This document shows positions 30,326-40,471 of a stretch of 64,000 nt of DNA, piece by piece. The stretch covers positions 1,184,001 through 1,248,000 of the forward strand of contig OY759729.1 of NCBI GenBank assembly GCA_963662585.1. The letters are read 5' to 3'. The position numbers were made by a program, and so were the translations under genes. Each line of letters opens with the position of its first letter. The stretch's first letter is position 1. The notes under the pieces are model-generated. The model did not search any database and had not been told where the DNA came from. It worked only from the letters and a program-made list of their open reading frames with translations. This DNA is from Candidatus Cloacimonadales bacterium (lineage in GTDB: Bacteria; Cloacimonadota; Cloacimonadia; Cloacimonadales; JAFGVF01).

Positions 30326-30802
30326 CTATTTATTTAAATAGTGGCGTTCGAATTTAACTTTCTTAGCCATATTATTGATTCTTAATTCGTCAAACATAGA
30401 AATAAATCCACGATATTCGACATTTCTGTCTATTTTCAGTTTGATAACACTATCAGGATTCTTTTCTACTTTATCTTTGATCATCTGCTTACCAAGTTCA
30501 TGTACTCTGAATTTTACACCATCTTGCTTAACATCATTTTCGTCGTAAACAAAATATTCACATAATACATTCTTAGTTCCGGCTTCGTTCCATACTTCAA
30601 TTTCAATTAGGTTTTGCCTGTCTAAGATAACATCTTGTTCTTGTTGCTGTTCTTGACTTCCTGAAGAAATTTGATAAGGAATACCTTGTTTATTATCAAA
30701 TTTTCCTACAGCCATAAAGAATACGATAAGCAAGAATGCAATATCAGACATTGAAGCTGTTGGTATTTCAGCACTTTTTTTCTTTTTAGCAGGAAATTTC
30801 AT
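30326..30802 (-). CDS. exbD: ExbD/TolR family protein
   Basis: EIPTASMSDIAFLLIVFFM motif. Confidence 0.88.
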   Translation of the reverse strand: MKFPAKKKKSAEIPTASMSDIAFLLIVFFMAVGKFDNKQGIPYQISSGSQEQQQEQDVILDRQNLIEIEVWNEAGTKNVLCEYFVYDENDVKQDGVKFRVHELGKQMIKDKVEKNPDSVIKLKIDRNVEYRGFISMFDELRINNMAKKVKFERHYLNK

Positions 30803-30813
30803 GATTCCCCACC

Positions 30814-31557
30814 CTACTTTTCAGTCAAAGTATCAATTACCTTTTCAGTTGCTTTCTGCATATCAACAACAATACTATCAACCATAGTCATAAAGATATT
30901 GTTGGCAAATTGAATAGGGATAGCAATAATTAAACCGGCAGCAGAGGTAATAAGAGCGATTTTGATACCACCAGCAACAACACCAGCATCAACAACTTCA
31001 GTATTTTGAATATCATCGAAAGCTGTAATCATACCAAGAAGAGTTCCTAAGAAACCCATCATAGGAGCCAAAGTAATTGTAGTTGATAATTCGTTAAATC
31101 CTCTATCTAAGAAAGACATTTCAACAACAGCTGCATTTTCCATAGCTTTTTCCATAGCTTCAATACCGGAATCATTTTTCAATAAACCAGCTCTAATAAT
31201 ATTAGCTACAGAACCTTTTTGAGTGTTCACATATTCTAAAGCAGCTTTGAAGTTTCCATCTTTGATTTTAGGAACAATTTCTTCTAAGAATTTTTCGACA
31301 TTTATTCTTCCTCTAACTAATACTAAAAGTTTCCAGATACCAATTCCTAAACCCCAGATAAATAGGGCTAAGAGAGGCCACATTGCCCATCCACCATCAA
31401 CAAACTGCTTAACTAAACTTTTACCAAAAAGTGTACTTGCTATTGTTTCTATAGCGCTACCACTCTCTTGAGCAGCTTCCTGAGCAAAAAGAGCTGTAGT
31501 AAATACGAAACTTCCTAACAATATTATTAGTAAGAGTATTGAAATTTTCTTATTCAT
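30814..31557 (-). CDS. exbB: ExbB/TolQ/MotA proton channel protein
   Basis: GGWAMWPL, APMMGFLGTLLGMI.AF and GGIKIALITSAAGLIIAIP motifs. Confidence 0.92.
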   Translation of the reverse strand: MNKKISILLLIILLGSFVFTTALFAQEAAQESGSAIETIASTLFGKSLVKQFVDGGWAMWPLLALFIWGLGIGIWKLLVLVRGRINVEKFLEEIVPKIKDGNFKAALEYVNTQKGSVANIIRAGLLKNDSGIEAMEKAMENAAVVEMSFLDRGFNELSTTITLAPMMGFLGTLLGMITAFDDIQNTEVVDAGVVAGGIKIALITSAAGLIIAIPIQFANNIFMTMVDSIVVDMQKATEKVIDTLTEK

Positions 31558-31594
31558 CCTTTATTTCCTCCAATTATTATATTTAATTTTTATT

Positions 31595-34500
31595 TTAGAA
31601 ATTATAAGATATACCAAATGAATAGCTTCTATCTTGAGAAACTCTTCCTGGGTCGTTATATCTTTGTTGGTTCATAAAATTAACTTCAGGAATAGATACA
31701 TCATTAACTGTAAAATCTTCACCTGAGTCAAATGGGTCACCAGTTTTAGCATAAACATCATTTATGTTTCTATATTTAAATAAATTATCTATATCGAAGA
31801 ATAGATTAACATAAGAATTTTGGCTAATATTTAATTTCTTAGAAATTTTTAAGCTGGCATTTTGTCTTGCATCTTTTCTTTCACTGTTAGGATCTAAAGC
31901 GTTGTTAGTTACAGCATCTACAGGAGTATAAGGTTCGCCTGAAGAGTAAGAGTAAGTAAAGCTTGTAGAGAAATCATCTAATGGTAAAATATAGTTTGTG
32001 AAAGGAATGAAGAATTCTTCACCTCTTTCAATTCTAAACATTAAATTAAGACTTAGATTATTTCTGATATCCCAATCAAGAGGGAATTCACGAAGGTTTG
32101 TGTTTTCATCTTGAATAACAGTAGAAGAGTTGTTTCCTTCAGCCCAAGCAAATGAATAAGAGATATTTGCAGACCAGAAATTAGATAATGATTTATCTAA
32201 AGCAATATCGATACCTCTACCTGAAGCATAGTCTTCAGAGATAAATTCATACCAGAACACTTGAGGTTCATCAGGATCTACAACTTTCATAGTACTAACA
32301 TAGTTGTAGTAGTTTTTATAATATAAAGAGAGGTCAATTGCCCAATCTTCATTGATTAAATGTTGAAGACCAACTTCATAAGTAATAGTAATTTGTGGTT
32401 CAAGTTCAGCATTTCCTACAGTAACAGCATTATCAGAGGTTAAAGCATCTTGAGGAGTTTTTGAAGTGAAAATATATCTCATAGCAGGTAACTGGTTTTG
32501 ATAGTTATAAGCAAATCTAAGAACATCTTTCTCAGAAATAGGGTGAGATACACCAACACGAGGAGAAAGCATCAACTGAGTTTTATCTTTTCCTTCGAAT
32601 TCAAAAGTTCTATATGATCCATCATCTTGTAATACTTGATAATCTTCACCAATGTACCAGAAGTCAAATCTTAAACCAGCATTAACAATCATACCTTCCC
32701 ATTCCATTTTATCTTGGAGATAGAAAGCACCTTGTAAAGGCTCAGCTTTATAACCATCTCTAGTACCTGAAGAGGCTTTTGATGCAGTGTAATAGGATTC
32801 AGGTGAATATACTACAAAATAAGGACTATCAGCTGTTCCGTTACCAAATATGGAAACTACATCAGCATTATTATCAATAATGTTTTGAATTTCATCAGCA
32901 GAGATTTCAGGTTCAATTGAATCAGGATCAAATATTGAGTTTAAGTAAGCAGCTCTTCTATCATTATAGATAGTAGTAAAACTTTGGAGCTGGTTTTTTT
33001 CAATAGTATAACGGGTTAATTCAAAACCTGTTTTAGCAGTATTAATTCTATCTATAGCCCATTCTACATCTCCTCTGAGATTGACTGAGCTTGTTTTGTC
33101 ATCAACAAAATTAGTATAAATAGATCCAGGAGCATTGAAGCCTGGAATGCCAGGGTTTTCTGAATAGGCATTTGTTTCATAAACCCATTCTGTAGCTGGT
33201 CTAAATGTACTATAATAATCATAAACACCGTCAGTATCACTATCGATGGATACATAAGCAGGGTGGTCATATAAGAAGATACCTTCAGTGTTAAGAACAC
33301 CAGAGATATAATTAGTCATTAAATCAGGATCACTATATAATTCACTAGAAGTAACTCTTTGATTTAAGAAACTTTCTCTATCAATACCTTTAGGGCCTTC
33401 ATAAGAGTCTTTTTGGAAATAAGATGCTTTTAATTTCAAGTTAGCTGTTTGGCTAAGATTTTGGTCGTAAGTGAAAACATACTGTCTTTGTTCTGTTTCA
33501 GATTCGGCATAATGTTGAAGAGCGTACTTCCAACCCCAGTCAAAAGGTTTATAGTAAGAACGATCACCACGAACAGCAAAAGTAACATTTGCATCGTTAT
33601 TGATTTGGTATTTTGTTTTGAAGTTTAGATTGTAGTCATTATAGTTTCTACTATTTAAATCAAAACCAGCAACCTCATCTCTATTGCCATAAGCATCATA
33701 GATAGGGTATTCATTAACTAACGGAAGTCCGTTAAAAGTGAAATCACTATAAGGGTCTGATTCATAGTATTTTTTATATCTTCCATCAGTCCAAGTACCT
33801 GTACCATTAACAAAGAAGGTAAATCTAGAATTAAGGTTATTATTCGCTCCAAGATAACCTAGAACAGGTCCACCGAAGTTAAATCTTACTAAGTCTTGAT
33901 TTCTTCCATCATCAACTAAATGGTCAGTATTCCACTCAACTTTACCTCTATATTCAGGATAACCGGCACGAGTAACAATATTAACCATACCTGATTGAGC
34001 ATTACCAAATTCAGCAGTTAAGGCACCAGTATAAACTTTCATATCGGCGATAGCATCAGTATCAACTTGGAGAGCAGAACCACCATCAACAGGGTCTGAA
34101 ACAGACATTCCGTCAACAGTGAAGTTAACTTCATTAGATCTACTACCTCTCACACGAATCTCACCACCAACATTAGTAACACCAGGCTGAAGAGCCATAA
34201 TGTCATCAACATTGGAGACAGATAAATCGCTAAGATTACCCATATCGATAGTTCTTTCAGTACCGACTCTATCGGTATCGATTTTCTTTCTTTTAGCGGT
34301 AAATGTAATAGCCTCTAAGGTATTATCACCAGGTTCTAAACGAACTGGATCTCTATTAGTGGTTTGGTTAACGCTAATTTCAATTCCTTGAATTAACTGT
34401 CTTCTGTAACCAGTAGCAGATACCAAAAGGTCATAGCTTCCGGGTGAAATATTAATTATAATATACTCACCATACTCGTCAGTACTAGTACCAAATTGGG

Positions 34501-34657
34501 TATTATTACCATCTAACTGTAATACAACATTAGCTTGCGGTAATGGTTCTCCATTATTATCTCTAACTTGTCCCTTTAATACACCAGAAGTCTGGGCATA
34601 TAATTGGACACTAAAAAGCACTAAAATGACAGTAATCAATGTAGCTGTCTTTCGCAT
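31595..34657 (-). CDS. TonB-dependent transporter with N-terminal carboxypeptidase-regulatory-like domain (Oar-like)
   Basis: G.V.D..GEPL..ANV N-domain; plug VRGSR..E..F.VDG and AEFGNAQSGMVNIVT; YLQDK.E, NAGLRFD and SPRVG motifs; terminal YNF. Confidence 0.92.
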   Translation of the reverse strand: MRKTATLITVILVLFSVQLYAQTSGVLKGQVRDNNGEPLPQANVVLQLDGNNTQFGTSTDEYGEYIIINISPGSYDLLVSATGYRRQLIQGIEISVNQTTNRDPVRLEPGDNTLEAITFTAKRKKIDTDRVGTERTIDMGNLSDLSVSNVDDIMALQPGVTNVGGEIRVRGSRSNEVNFTVDGMSVSDPVDGGSALQVDTDAIADMKVYTGALTAEFGNAQSGMVNIVTRAGYPEYRGKVEWNTDHLVDDGRNQDLVRFNFGGPVLGYLGANNNLNSRFTFFVNGTGTWTDGRYKKYYESDPYSDFTFNGLPLVNEYPIYDAYGNRDEVAGFDLNSRNYNDYNLNFKTKYQINNDANVTFAVRGDRSYYKPFDWGWKYALQHYAESETEQRQYVFTYDQNLSQTANLKLKASYFQKDSYEGPKGIDRESFLNQRVTSSELYSDPDLMTNYISGVLNTEGIFLYDHPAYVSIDSDTDGVYDYYSTFRPATEWVYETNAYSENPGIPGFNAPGSIYTNFVDDKTSSVNLRGDVEWAIDRINTAKTGFELTRYTIEKNQLQSFTTIYNDRRAAYLNSIFDPDSIEPEISADEIQNIIDNNADVVSIFGNGTADSPYFVVYSPESYYTASKASSGTRDGYKAEPLQGAFYLQDKMEWEGMIVNAGLRFDFWYIGEDYQVLQDDGSYRTFEFEGKDKTQLMLSPRVGVSHPISEKDVLRFAYNYQNQLPAMRYIFTSKTPQDALTSDNAVTVGNAELEPQITITYEVGLQHLINEDWAIDLSLYYKNYYNYVSTMKVVDPDEPQVFWYEFISEDYASGRGIDIALDKSLSNFWSANISYSFAWAEGNNSSTVIQDENTNLREFPLDWDIRNNLSLNLMFRIERGEEFFIPFTNYILPLDDFSTSFTYSYSSGEPYTPVDAVTNNALDPNSERKDARQNASLKISKKLNISQNSYVNLFFDIDNLFKYRNINDVYAKTGDPFDSGEDFTVNDVSIPEVNFMNQQRYNDPGRVSQDRSYSFGISYNF

Positions 34658-34946
34658 TTAGTTATCCTCCCTTTTAATATCACAATAAATTATTAAAAAA
34701 ATCTTTCTTTATCATTTATTTTATCATACATTAGAATAATCCACGCTATTTTAACAAAAAGATTATACAATAAGATTGATGTCAATTAATTTTTAAGAAC
34801 AAGTCTAAAAATCACTAATTGCAACACTTTTGCACTTTATTTCATAATTAAGCATAAATTATAGCCTTCCATTAATTTATATTAAATTTATCTAAATTTA
34901 ACATCTTATAATTGCACTTCATATATCATTTTATTCTATAACTTTA

Positions 34947-35768
34947 CTATTTTCTTAAATTCCATTTATCTGTCGAGTATTTTTTTTTAATTAATTCTTC
35001 TACTCTATTTTTTTCGAAGTCTTCCAACTCTTTAATTTCGACAAAATCATCATTTTTCCATGCTTTTATAAAACCTTGCACAAATTTACCTGTTGCAGTT
35101 TCAAAAGAAATTTTTCTCTGCAAGACTTGATTAATTGAGATTGTCTTATTATCCATCATAGTAGCAAGTCTATCTCTCATCTTATCAGATAGTCCAGGCA
35201 TTAGGTAGGCTATTTCTCTCTGATTTTCATCCAGAATAATCGAGCCATGCTGGAGCAATACTCCATTTTTTCTTACTTGAGCACTTCCCACGATTTTTTT
35301 CCCTTGGATAGCCAATTCATATTTTGAAGAAGAGTTAAAGCAAGGGTTTACGGGTTCTCTTTGGGAGAAAGAAGAGAGTTCTTTTTGTTCGAATTCAACA
35401 TCGATATCAAGAAGTCTGAGTCCTTCAGCAAGAGCAAGGCTGATATCGCCATAGCTCTTAAGCACATTACCAGCAAGGTGTTCATCATTAGGTGCGATAA
35501 CAGCATAAGTTACTTCATTTTTATGTAGAACTAACCTTCCTCCAGTAGGTCTTCTAACAAAACCATATCCAGTTTCAGTTAATTTCTCGAAATCCACTTC
35601 ACTTTCAGCATTTTGGTGATAACCTAGAGAAAGAGTTGGGGGATCCCAGTCATAAAATCTAATTAAAGGTGTTGATTTGCCTTCCTGAATTAATTCAAAG
35701 ATAGCATCATCGATGGCCATGTTTTCAGCTGGACTGAGTTTTCCTTGAGTTAGAATTCTCCACTTCAT
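34947..35768 (-). CDS. Lipoate-protein ligase / octanoyltransferase (LipM/LplA family)
   Basis: NMAIDDA, RFY.W.PPTLSLG, VRRPTGG.LVLH, KKIVGSAQ and LQHGSI motifs. Confidence 0.9.
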   Translation of the reverse strand: MKWRILTQGKLSPAENMAIDDAIFELIQEGKSTPLIRFYDWDPPTLSLGYHQNAESEVDFEKLTETGYGFVRRPTGGRLVLHKNEVTYAVIAPNDEHLAGNVLKSYGDISLALAEGLRLLDIDVEFEQKELSSFSQREPVNPCFNSSSKYELAIQGKKIVGSAQVRKNGVLLQHGSIILDENQREIAYLMPGLSDKMRDRLATMMDNKTISINQVLQRKISFETATGKFVQGFIKAWKNDDFVEIKELEDFEKNRVEELIKKKYSTDKWNLRK

Positions 35769-36784
35769 TAATAGTTCATCCTAACTTTAAGTTCCGGAAT
35801 CTTCTCATCAATATAGCCTATTTGCATAGCATTAGTTTTGGATTTAATTTCTAAAGCTATTTCTGAAGAAGTAACAACAATCATTCCGATCCCCATATTG
35901 AAAGCGCGATAAGCTTCATCATGGGCGACATTACCATTTTCTACTAATGTCTGGAAGATAGCTGGTGTATCCCAACTTTGGCAATCAATTACTGCAGTTA
36001 AATCATCAGGAATTACTCTTGATAAGTTACCAGGTATTCCTCCTCCGGTAATATGAGCCATACCATGAATAAGCTCTGGTCTTGCCCACTCTTTAAGAAT
36101 AGGAAGATAAGATTTATGAATCTTCAACATTGCTTCTGCAACAGTAACATTTAAATTTGGAATTAAAGAATCAACTTGTAGATTCATCTTATCGAAAAGA
36201 ATCTTTCGAGCTAAAGAGTAACCATTAGTATGTAGTCCAGTGGATGGGAAACCAAGAATAACATCACCTTGAGTTATCATTTGTCCTGTAATAATGTTTT
36301 TCTTTTCAACCATACCAACAATAGTTCCGGCAAGATCAAAATCATCAACAGCATAGATTCCTGGCATTTCTGCCATTTCACCGCCAATTAGAGCCATTTC
36401 ATTTTCTTTACATGCTTTAGCAAATCCCCAGATAATTTCTTCCATTACATCTGGATTGAGTTTGCCAACTCCCACATAATCTAAGAAATATTGAGGAATA
36501 GCTCCTTGAACAAAGATATCATTCACACAATGATTTACTAAATCTTGTCCTACAGTATTATAGATTCCTGCCATATTAGCAATAACTAACTTGGTACCTA
36601 CTCCATCAGCACTAGACACTAGTACAGGTTCTTTCCAGGAAGTAAGATCAACTTGATAAAGTCCCCCAAAACCGCCTATATGAGAAAGTACATTTTTATT
36701 AAAAGTCTCTTTAACTAAAGGCTTGATTCTATTAACTGAATCTTCTCCAGCTTTAATATCAACACCAGCACTTTTATAATCCAT
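35768..36784 (-). CDS. purM: AIR synthetase (phosphoribosylformylglycinamidine cyclo-ligase)
   Basis: YKSAGVDI, DGVGTK, GLHTNGYSL, HITGGG and FNMGIG motifs. Confidence 0.97.
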   Translation of the reverse strand: MDYKSAGVDIKAGEDSVNRIKPLVKETFNKNVLSHIGGFGGLYQVDLTSWKEPVLVSSADGVGTKLVIANMAGIYNTVGQDLVNHCVNDIFVQGAIPQYFLDYVGVGKLNPDVMEEIIWGFAKACKENEMALIGGEMAEMPGIYAVDDFDLAGTIVGMVEKKNIITGQMITQGDVILGFPSTGLHTNGYSLARKILFDKMNLQVDSLIPNLNVTVAEAMLKIHKSYLPILKEWARPELIHGMAHITGGGIPGNLSRVIPDDLTAVIDCQSWDTPAIFQTLVENGNVAHDEAYRAFNMGIGMIVVTSSEIALEIKSKTNAMQIGYIDEKIPELKVRMNY

Positions 36785-36819
36785 TATTTCCTCTTCTTTA
36801 TCTTAATTTATTTAATAAT

Positions 36820-37716
36820 TTAAATTTTAATCCATTGTTTAAGTTCTTCGGCCATTAATTCTATTTCTTCTTCTGTGAGAAGTTGTAAGTTTTCAACGCT
36901 AAAGGACTGAATATTATTAGCCGCAGTAATAGTACCATAAATTGTAGCTTGTTTAATAGCTTCGAAATCATATTTTTTAACTTTAGCGAGGTAACCAGTA
37001 AATCCACCAGCGAAGCTATCTCCCGCACCTGTTGGGTCAACTACTTTACGAACTGGATAAACAGGTACGAAGAAAAGGTCTTCCCTGCTAGCGACAATCG
37101 CCCCATATTCGCCTCTTTTAACGACTACGAACCTTACCCCAAGATCTAGAACAAACTCTATTGCTTGAAAGACATTACTTTTTTCTGCATACATCTTGAT
37201 TTCATCTTCATTAATAAAGATTAAATCAACCCTTTTAATCACTTCAGTGAGTTCAGATTTTGTCATATCAATCCAGAGATTCATAGTATCCATAGCGATT
37301 AAGCTAGAACATTCAATTTGATCTAAAACTTCAAGTTGTAAAGCAGGATGAATATTCCCTAGAAGAGTTACGCTATTATTTTTACAATCTTGGGTAAGCA
37401 CAGGTTTGAATTCAGCAAAGACATTCAACTGTGTATCTAAGGTTGTTGCTTGATTAAGGTTGTGATACTCACCTTTCCACCGAAAAGTTTTACCTGGGAC
37501 TTTTACTAAACCCTCAATATTAATATTTTTCTTATTTAATAAATCGATATGGGCTTGGGGGAAATCTTCTCCCACCACTCCAACGATAGAAACATCTGTA
37601 AAATATTTTCCTGCAATTGAAGCATAGATAGCTGATCCTCCCAGCACATCCTCTACTTCTCCTGAAGGAGTTTTTATAGTATCTAAAGCTATTGAGCCAA
37701 TTACTACTAAACTCAT
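36820..37716 (-). CDS. PfkB family carbohydrate/nucleoside kinase
   Basis: LGGSA and DPTGAGDSFAGG motifs. Confidence 0.9.
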   Translation of the reverse strand: MSLVVIGSIALDTIKTPSGEVEDVLGGSAIYASIAGKYFTDVSIVGVVGEDFPQAHIDLLNKKNINIEGLVKVPGKTFRWKGEYHNLNQATTLDTQLNVFAEFKPVLTQDCKNNSVTLLGNIHPALQLEVLDQIECSSLIAMDTMNLWIDMTKSELTEVIKRVDLIFINEDEIKMYAEKSNVFQAIEFVLDLGVRFVVVKRGEYGAIVASREDLFFVPVYPVRKVVDPTGAGDSFAGGFTGYLAKVKKYDFEAIKQATIYGTITAANNIQSFSVENLQLLTEEEIELMAEELKQWIKI

Positions 37717-37719
37717 CAA

Positions 37720-37917
37720 TTACTCCTGCACTTGTTCAGTTTGATCACCTTGAAAAATGTTCCAGAATACATCAAATTTACTTGTATTAGTTTTATAGAG
37801 AAGAATTATGATAAAAAGTAAAAGAACAATCATATAGAATAGTCTTGACCAGCCTTTTGATGCTTTTTCTCTCCTACTTTCTCTTGCTTCTAAAATCTTA
37901 TCTTTTAATTGGTCCAT
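37720..37917 (-). CDS. Small single-TM protein
   Basis: In operon; one hydrophobic helix. Confidence 0.65.
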   Translation of the reverse strand: MDQLKDKILEARESRREKASKGWSRLFYMIVLLLFIIILLYKTNTSKFDVFWNIFQGDQTEQVQE

Positions 37918-37995
37918 CTTTCAAACTTCCTCTAATTTATTTATCTATCAAAGAGAATCAGGTTACCTGAGTAACCCGATTCCTTTTTTATATTT

Positions 37996-39192
37996 TTATA
38001 ACAATGATTTTAATCCTTGAGCAAATCTCTTAACACCTTCACGCAGATTGTCTAGGCTATTAGCGTAAGAGAATCTTACTAACTTATCGTTTCCAAAAGC
38101 ACTTCCAGGAACAATAGCAATCTTTGCTTCATCCAATAAGAAGGAACAAAGATCTACATCATTAGTAATCCCTTTCGTGTTATTCTTAAGGTAGTATTCA
38201 ATATTGACCATGATGTAGAATGCACCTTGAGGTGAAGTTGTTGAAACATGCTCAACTTTATTCAACTCTGAGTACATAAAGTCTTTTCTCTTTTCAAACT
38301 CTTTTCTCATATTTTCAATAGAGCCATCATCTTGAAGTAAGGCAGCTAAAGTAGCTTTTTGAGTAATTGAGTTTGTATTGGAAGTAATATGTCCTTGCAG
38401 ACTACTAGCAGCATCTATTATATATTTAGGACCAGCACTGTAGCCTAGTCTCCAGCCAGTCATAGCATAAGCTTTAGAAACACCATTAATAATAACAGTA
38501 ATATCTTTAAATTCAGGTTTCAAGGCTGCGATTGCATAGTGTTTTGCTCCATCATAAACTAACTTTTCATAGATTTCATCAGCAATGATGAGAATATTAT
38601 GTTTAACACATATATCCCCAATCTGAATTAATTCATCTTGAGAATAGATAGCTCCAGTAGGATTATTAGGATTATTCAACATCAAAGCTTTTACATTAGG
38701 ATTTTCATTAATTAGTCTCTCTAATTCCAAAGGATTAATTTTATAGTTATCTGCTTCTGTTGTTTCTAGAAGAAGAGTTTTTCCACCTGCGATATCAACT
38801 TGGTCAGGATAACTTACCCAGTATGGGGAAGGAATAATAACTTGATCTCCAGCATCACAGATAGCCATTAACAAGAAAACAATAGAAGCTTTTGCACCAG
38901 GAGAAACTAAGATTTGACCTGGTTCATAATCTAAACCGTTATCATCTTTAAACTTCTTGCAAATTGCTTCTCTGAGAGGTAATACTCCTGGGGTTGGGGT
39001 ATAACGAGTAAAATTATCGTTAATAGCCTTGATTCCCTCATCTTTTATATAGCTTGGAGTATTGAAATCAGGTTCCCCCACTCCAAAATTAATCACATCA
39101 ATCCCTTTAGCAATGTAAGCTTTTGCTTTGGACATAACTGCTAAAGTTGGAGATGGTTTTATTGCTCTTGCTTTGTTTGATAACTTTATCAT
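37996..39192 (-). CDS. Class I PLP aminotransferase (aspartate aminotransferase-like)
   Basis: GEPDF, NNPTG, DEIY and SKAYAMTGWRLGY motifs. Confidence 0.93.
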   Translation of the reverse strand: MIKLSNKARAIKPSPTLAVMSKAKAYIAKGIDVINFGVGEPDFNTPSYIKDEGIKAINDNFTRYTPTPGVLPLREAICKKFKDDNGLDYEPGQILVSPGAKASIVFLLMAICDAGDQVIIPSPYWVSYPDQVDIAGGKTLLLETTEADNYKINPLELERLINENPNVKALMLNNPNNPTGAIYSQDELIQIGDICVKHNILIIADEIYEKLVYDGAKHYAIAALKPEFKDITVIINGVSKAYAMTGWRLGYSAGPKYIIDAASSLQGHITSNTNSITQKATLAALLQDDGSIENMRKEFEKRKDFMYSELNKVEHVSTTSPQGAFYIMVNIEYYLKNNTKGITNDVDLCSFLLDEAKIAIVPGSAFGNDKLVRFSYANSLDNLREGVKRFAQGLKSLL

Positions 39193-39201
39193 AATTAACT
39201 C

Positions 39202-40191
39202 CTACTTAGACATTAATAAAACTAAGGCAGTTGTATTTACTATATCTTCAGCTGAACAGCCTCTAGATAAATCACATATTGGAGCTGCAAGTCCTTGAAT
39301 AACAGGACCTATTGCTTCTGCTTTGGCAAATCTTTGCACAAGCTTATAACCAATATTACCTGCTTGTAAATCAGGGAATATTAAAACATTTGCCTGACCA
39401 GCTACATTGCTATCAGGAGATTTTTTAGCTCCAATTGCAGGAATAATAGCAGCATCAGCTTGAAGCTCACCATCAAATTCAAAATTAACATTTCTACTTT
39501 TAATAATCTCTACTGCAGAAGTAACTTTATCAACTAATTCATGTTTAGCAGAACCTTTGGTTGAGAAAGAGAGAAGTGCCACTTTTGCTTGGTCACCAAT
39601 TAATGAAGCTCTAGTTTCTGCTGTTGAGATTGCGATATCTGCTAATTGTTCAGCAGTTGGGTTAGGAACTACAGCACAATCACCAAACAAGAATACTCTA
39701 TCTTCACCTAGGAAATCAGGAGTTACCATAATAAAACTTGAGGAAACAGTAGCTAATCCTGGTTTTACACCTACAACTTGAAGGGCAGCTTTTAAAACAT
39801 CACCTGTGGTATTGACTGCTCCTGCAACCATTCCATTCACTTTACCAAACTTAACTAATAAAGCACCAAAAAAGAGAGGTTGTCTTACTACTTTAGCAGC
39901 ATCTTCACGGCTAATACCTTTCTTTTTTCTCTTTTCATAAAAGAAGTCAGTGTATTCATCAATATTAGGGCAATCTTCCGGATTCCAGATAGTAGCTCCT
40001 GAGATATCAATATCTTTTGATTGAGCCCTTGCTCTTACTTCTTCTTCTTTACCAATTAAAACAACTTTTGCCATCTTCTCTTGAAGAATAGTTTCAGTAG
40101 CAAGCAAAGTTCTTTCATCCATTGCTTCAGGTAATACAATAGTACCGTTAACCTTTTGGGCTTTTAATTTGAATTGGTTAATTATATCCAT
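39202..40191 (-). CDS. pta: Phosphate acetyltransferase (short form)
   Basis: DCAVVPNP, LSFSTKGS, DGELQADAA, GNIGYK and DLSRG motifs. Confidence 0.96.
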   Translation of the reverse strand: MDIINQFKLKAQKVNGTIVLPEAMDERTLLATETILQEKMAKVVLIGKEEEVRARAQSKDIDISGATIWNPEDCPNIDEYTDFFYEKRKKKGISREDAAKVVRQPLFFGALLVKFGKVNGMVAGAVNTTGDVLKAALQVVGVKPGLATVSSSFIMVTPDFLGEDRVFLFGDCAVVPNPTAEQLADIAISTAETRASLIGDQAKVALLSFSTKGSAKHELVDKVTSAVEIIKSRNVNFEFDGELQADAAIIPAIGAKKSPDSNVAGQANVLIFPDLQAGNIGYKLVQRFAKAEAIGPVIQGLAAPICDLSRGCSAEDIVNTTALVLLMSK

Positions 40192-40270
40192 TTCAAACTC
40201 CTATTTATTTTATTTTTATATTTAATACTACATTTAAGTCAAGTGAGTCACGCTCATTTCCAGATAATAA

Positions 40271-40295
40271 TGCCTGCAGGGATGCAGTCGCTACG
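40271..40295. repeat. Single REP-like unit related to family A
   Basis: tgcctgcagggatgcagtcgctacg; on the minus strand GTAG precedes the hairpin. Confidence 0.6.
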
Positions 40296-40301
40296 GTGAC
40301 A

Positions 40302-40457
40302 ACCACCCCCTGTGTCCCCCTCGCTGAGAGGGATTAAAGAAACACCCCCTGTGGTCCCCCTCGCGGAGAGGGATTAAAGAAGAATTCCCTGTGTTCCACT
40401 CGTGGAGAGGGATTAAAGAAACATTCCCTGTATCCCCCTCGCTGAGGGGGATTTAAG
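40302..40457. repeat. Four tandem 39-40 bp palindromic repeats (family C)
   Basis: ccctgtgtccccctcgctgagagggattaaaga units at about 40302, 40341, 40381 and 40420; hairpin TCCCCCTC-gct-GAGGGGGA. Confidence 0.9.
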
Positions 40458-40471
40458 TGGAAGTATTCGTC

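Noticed and set aside
34820..34834. TGCAACACTTTTGCA upstream of the TBDT operon as a sigma54 or NtrC site
   Set aside because: It lacks the -24 GG and has the wrong spacing for an NtrC box
37956..37981. Hairpin after the aminotransferase gene as a terminator
   Set aside because: Good stem but weak U-tract on the coding strand inside an apparent operon; role unclear
40302..40457. Possible mini-CRISPR
   Set aside because: No spacers, degenerate units and no leader; it is a tandem palindromic repeat
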